Of a DNA stretch of 64,000 nt, positions 62,308-64,000 are shown one piece after another. The DNA lies in NCBI GenBank assembly GCA_951406725.2, contig OX597827.1, positions 39,866,001 to 39,930,000 of the forward strand, in the 5' to 3' direction. The DNA comes from Octopus vulgaris. Taxonomy: Eukaryota. Both the position numbers and the translations under genes were made by a program. How positions within the stretch are numbered: the stretch's first letter is position 1; each line of letters begins with the position of its first letter. The notes under the pieces were generated by a model. It was not told the DNA's origin, did not search any database, and saw only the letters and a list, made by a program, of their open reading frames with translations.

Positions 62308-63661
62308 ATGTATGTATGTATGTATGTATGTATGTATGTATGTATGTATGTATGTATGTATGTATGCATGTGTGTATGTATGTACATATATATGCATGCA
62401 TGCATACAAGTATGCATGTCATTATTCAGTTCTATTTCAAGATTTCTTGCCAATAAAGAAAGAGCCAGTTTCTAACCTAGAGCTCAGGCCCCTTCATTCG
62501 AATTTCAGCATCAAGGTTTTTTGATTGCATGTATATATGTATGTGCAGATTTGTATGTTTTGTATGTATGTATGCATGTATGTATGTGTGTATGTATGTA
62601 TGTATGTATGTATGTATGTATGTATGTATGTATGTATGTATGTAGATTATTTAAACTGCATCCTTTTCATGCAAGTCAACTTCCAAGTCATTGCAATTGT
62701 TTGATGAACCCAGTAGCATGAAACTCAAGATACAGAAATTTGCTTTATATAAACTGTATACTACACTATAATTAAGTACTCTCTCCTTCTTTTATAGATA
62801 GATTGAAATAGTTGAATATGTGTGTGGTAGTGACATTGTGTAATTTGATATACTTGTGCACCGCTTTCTATCTAGATGAGAATAGCAAAAAAAAAAAAAA
62901 ACGTGAAAGTTAGGCCAGGGGTGCCCAAGTTTCTTTCTCTTTTTATTTTTATTTTCTTGTGATTCCCTTTTGATGAAATGTAATTAATTCAGAGCACATT
63001 GTGTATAAAAATCAAAGAAAATATATTAAAAAGTTAATTATAAATTTTAGCCTATGAATGACTTAATCAATAGAGAATGATTATATAGTCAGTTAACTCT
63101 TCAATAAATAAAGCAGAATTATCAAAAATGTATATTGAGAATTTACTTGTTTCTGTGCGGTTTTTTTTTTTTTACAAACTTTTATAAATATAATATTGGG
63201 TATAAAATAACTATAAAAGAGGTTGGTTAGGGGAAGACCCTAAATCATGGTGTTAATTACCAGTTAAAGGGGCACAATGCTAATAAAACCTATGATGTTA
63301 ATACAGAGGAAATTATCATGGAGTACTATGGGTGGTTGTTTATAAACAATATTGTTATGTTGTATAAAGATAAAATTTGAGATTATCAAAAATGATATCA
63401 TAACCAAAATAGGTAAAATCTGTGTATATATCAATTTTCAACATTAAAAAGTAAAGATTACATGGAATCAGTTTAATATTTATTTATGTACTTGATTATT
63501 TACTTATTAGGTGGTTTCTATAACGACTGCTCTGGGTATTTACTTATGAAATACTGGAAAGATAAACATGATATCTATATATTAATTATAAGCCAAGAAT
63601 CAAAAAAACATTAAAGATGTGTACAGATACACACACATATTTATCTATCTGCACACATGCA

Positions 63662-63934
63662 CACATACATAAATATTTATTTGTTTACGTGGATATAGTA
63701 TAACCATCTCACATAGACTTAAGTAACTAAAAGGTATCTATTTATGAACAAGAAAGATAACAATTTATAAGGGATAATAGGTTAATAGGTTATGCACTTT
63801 TATACACATATACACATATACAAATATTTATATGTTTATATGGATATAGTATAGCCATCTCACATAGACCTAGTAGCTGAAAAATCTCTATTTAAGAACA
63901 GTAACAATTTTAAGGGATAAGAGGTTCATAGGTA
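63662..63934. repeat. Diverged ~150-bp tandem duplication
   Basis: tggatatagtata(a/g)ccatctcacatagac...aagggataa..ggtt.ataggt occurs twice. Confidence 0.7.
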
Positions 63935-64000
63935 AGGATATCAAAGTAAGAAAACAAAGTAATAAGAATTTATAGAAAATGATAAAAAATATATATAACT

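Overview
AT-rich eukaryotic DNA made almost entirely of transposable elements and microsatellites. The SINE families, abundant (TA)n/(TATG)n tracts and TTAGGG repeats suggest an octopus genome (inference). The only convincing host coding sequence is a minus-strand exon at 1032-1205 resembling the N-terminus of a METTL27/WBSCR27-like methyltransferase. The rest is decayed or nested mobile DNA: Penelope-like elements (PLEs, including Naiad-type), two mariners, two hATs, a Merlin-like MITE, Helitrons, a Gypsy LTR remnant, RTE and R4-type LINE fragments, an ORF1-only CCHC element, many tRNA-derived SINEs and a 28S rRNA fragment fused to a LINE-type tail. The main hidden signal is a set of type I hammerhead ribozyme (HHR) motifs in PLE-type terminal repeats. 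The most striking is a young, ORF-less 534-bp tandem unit at 30408-31466 (retrozyme-like) that folds back into a ~307-bp inverted repeat exactly at HHR stem II. All calls were made by eye; no database search or folding program was run.
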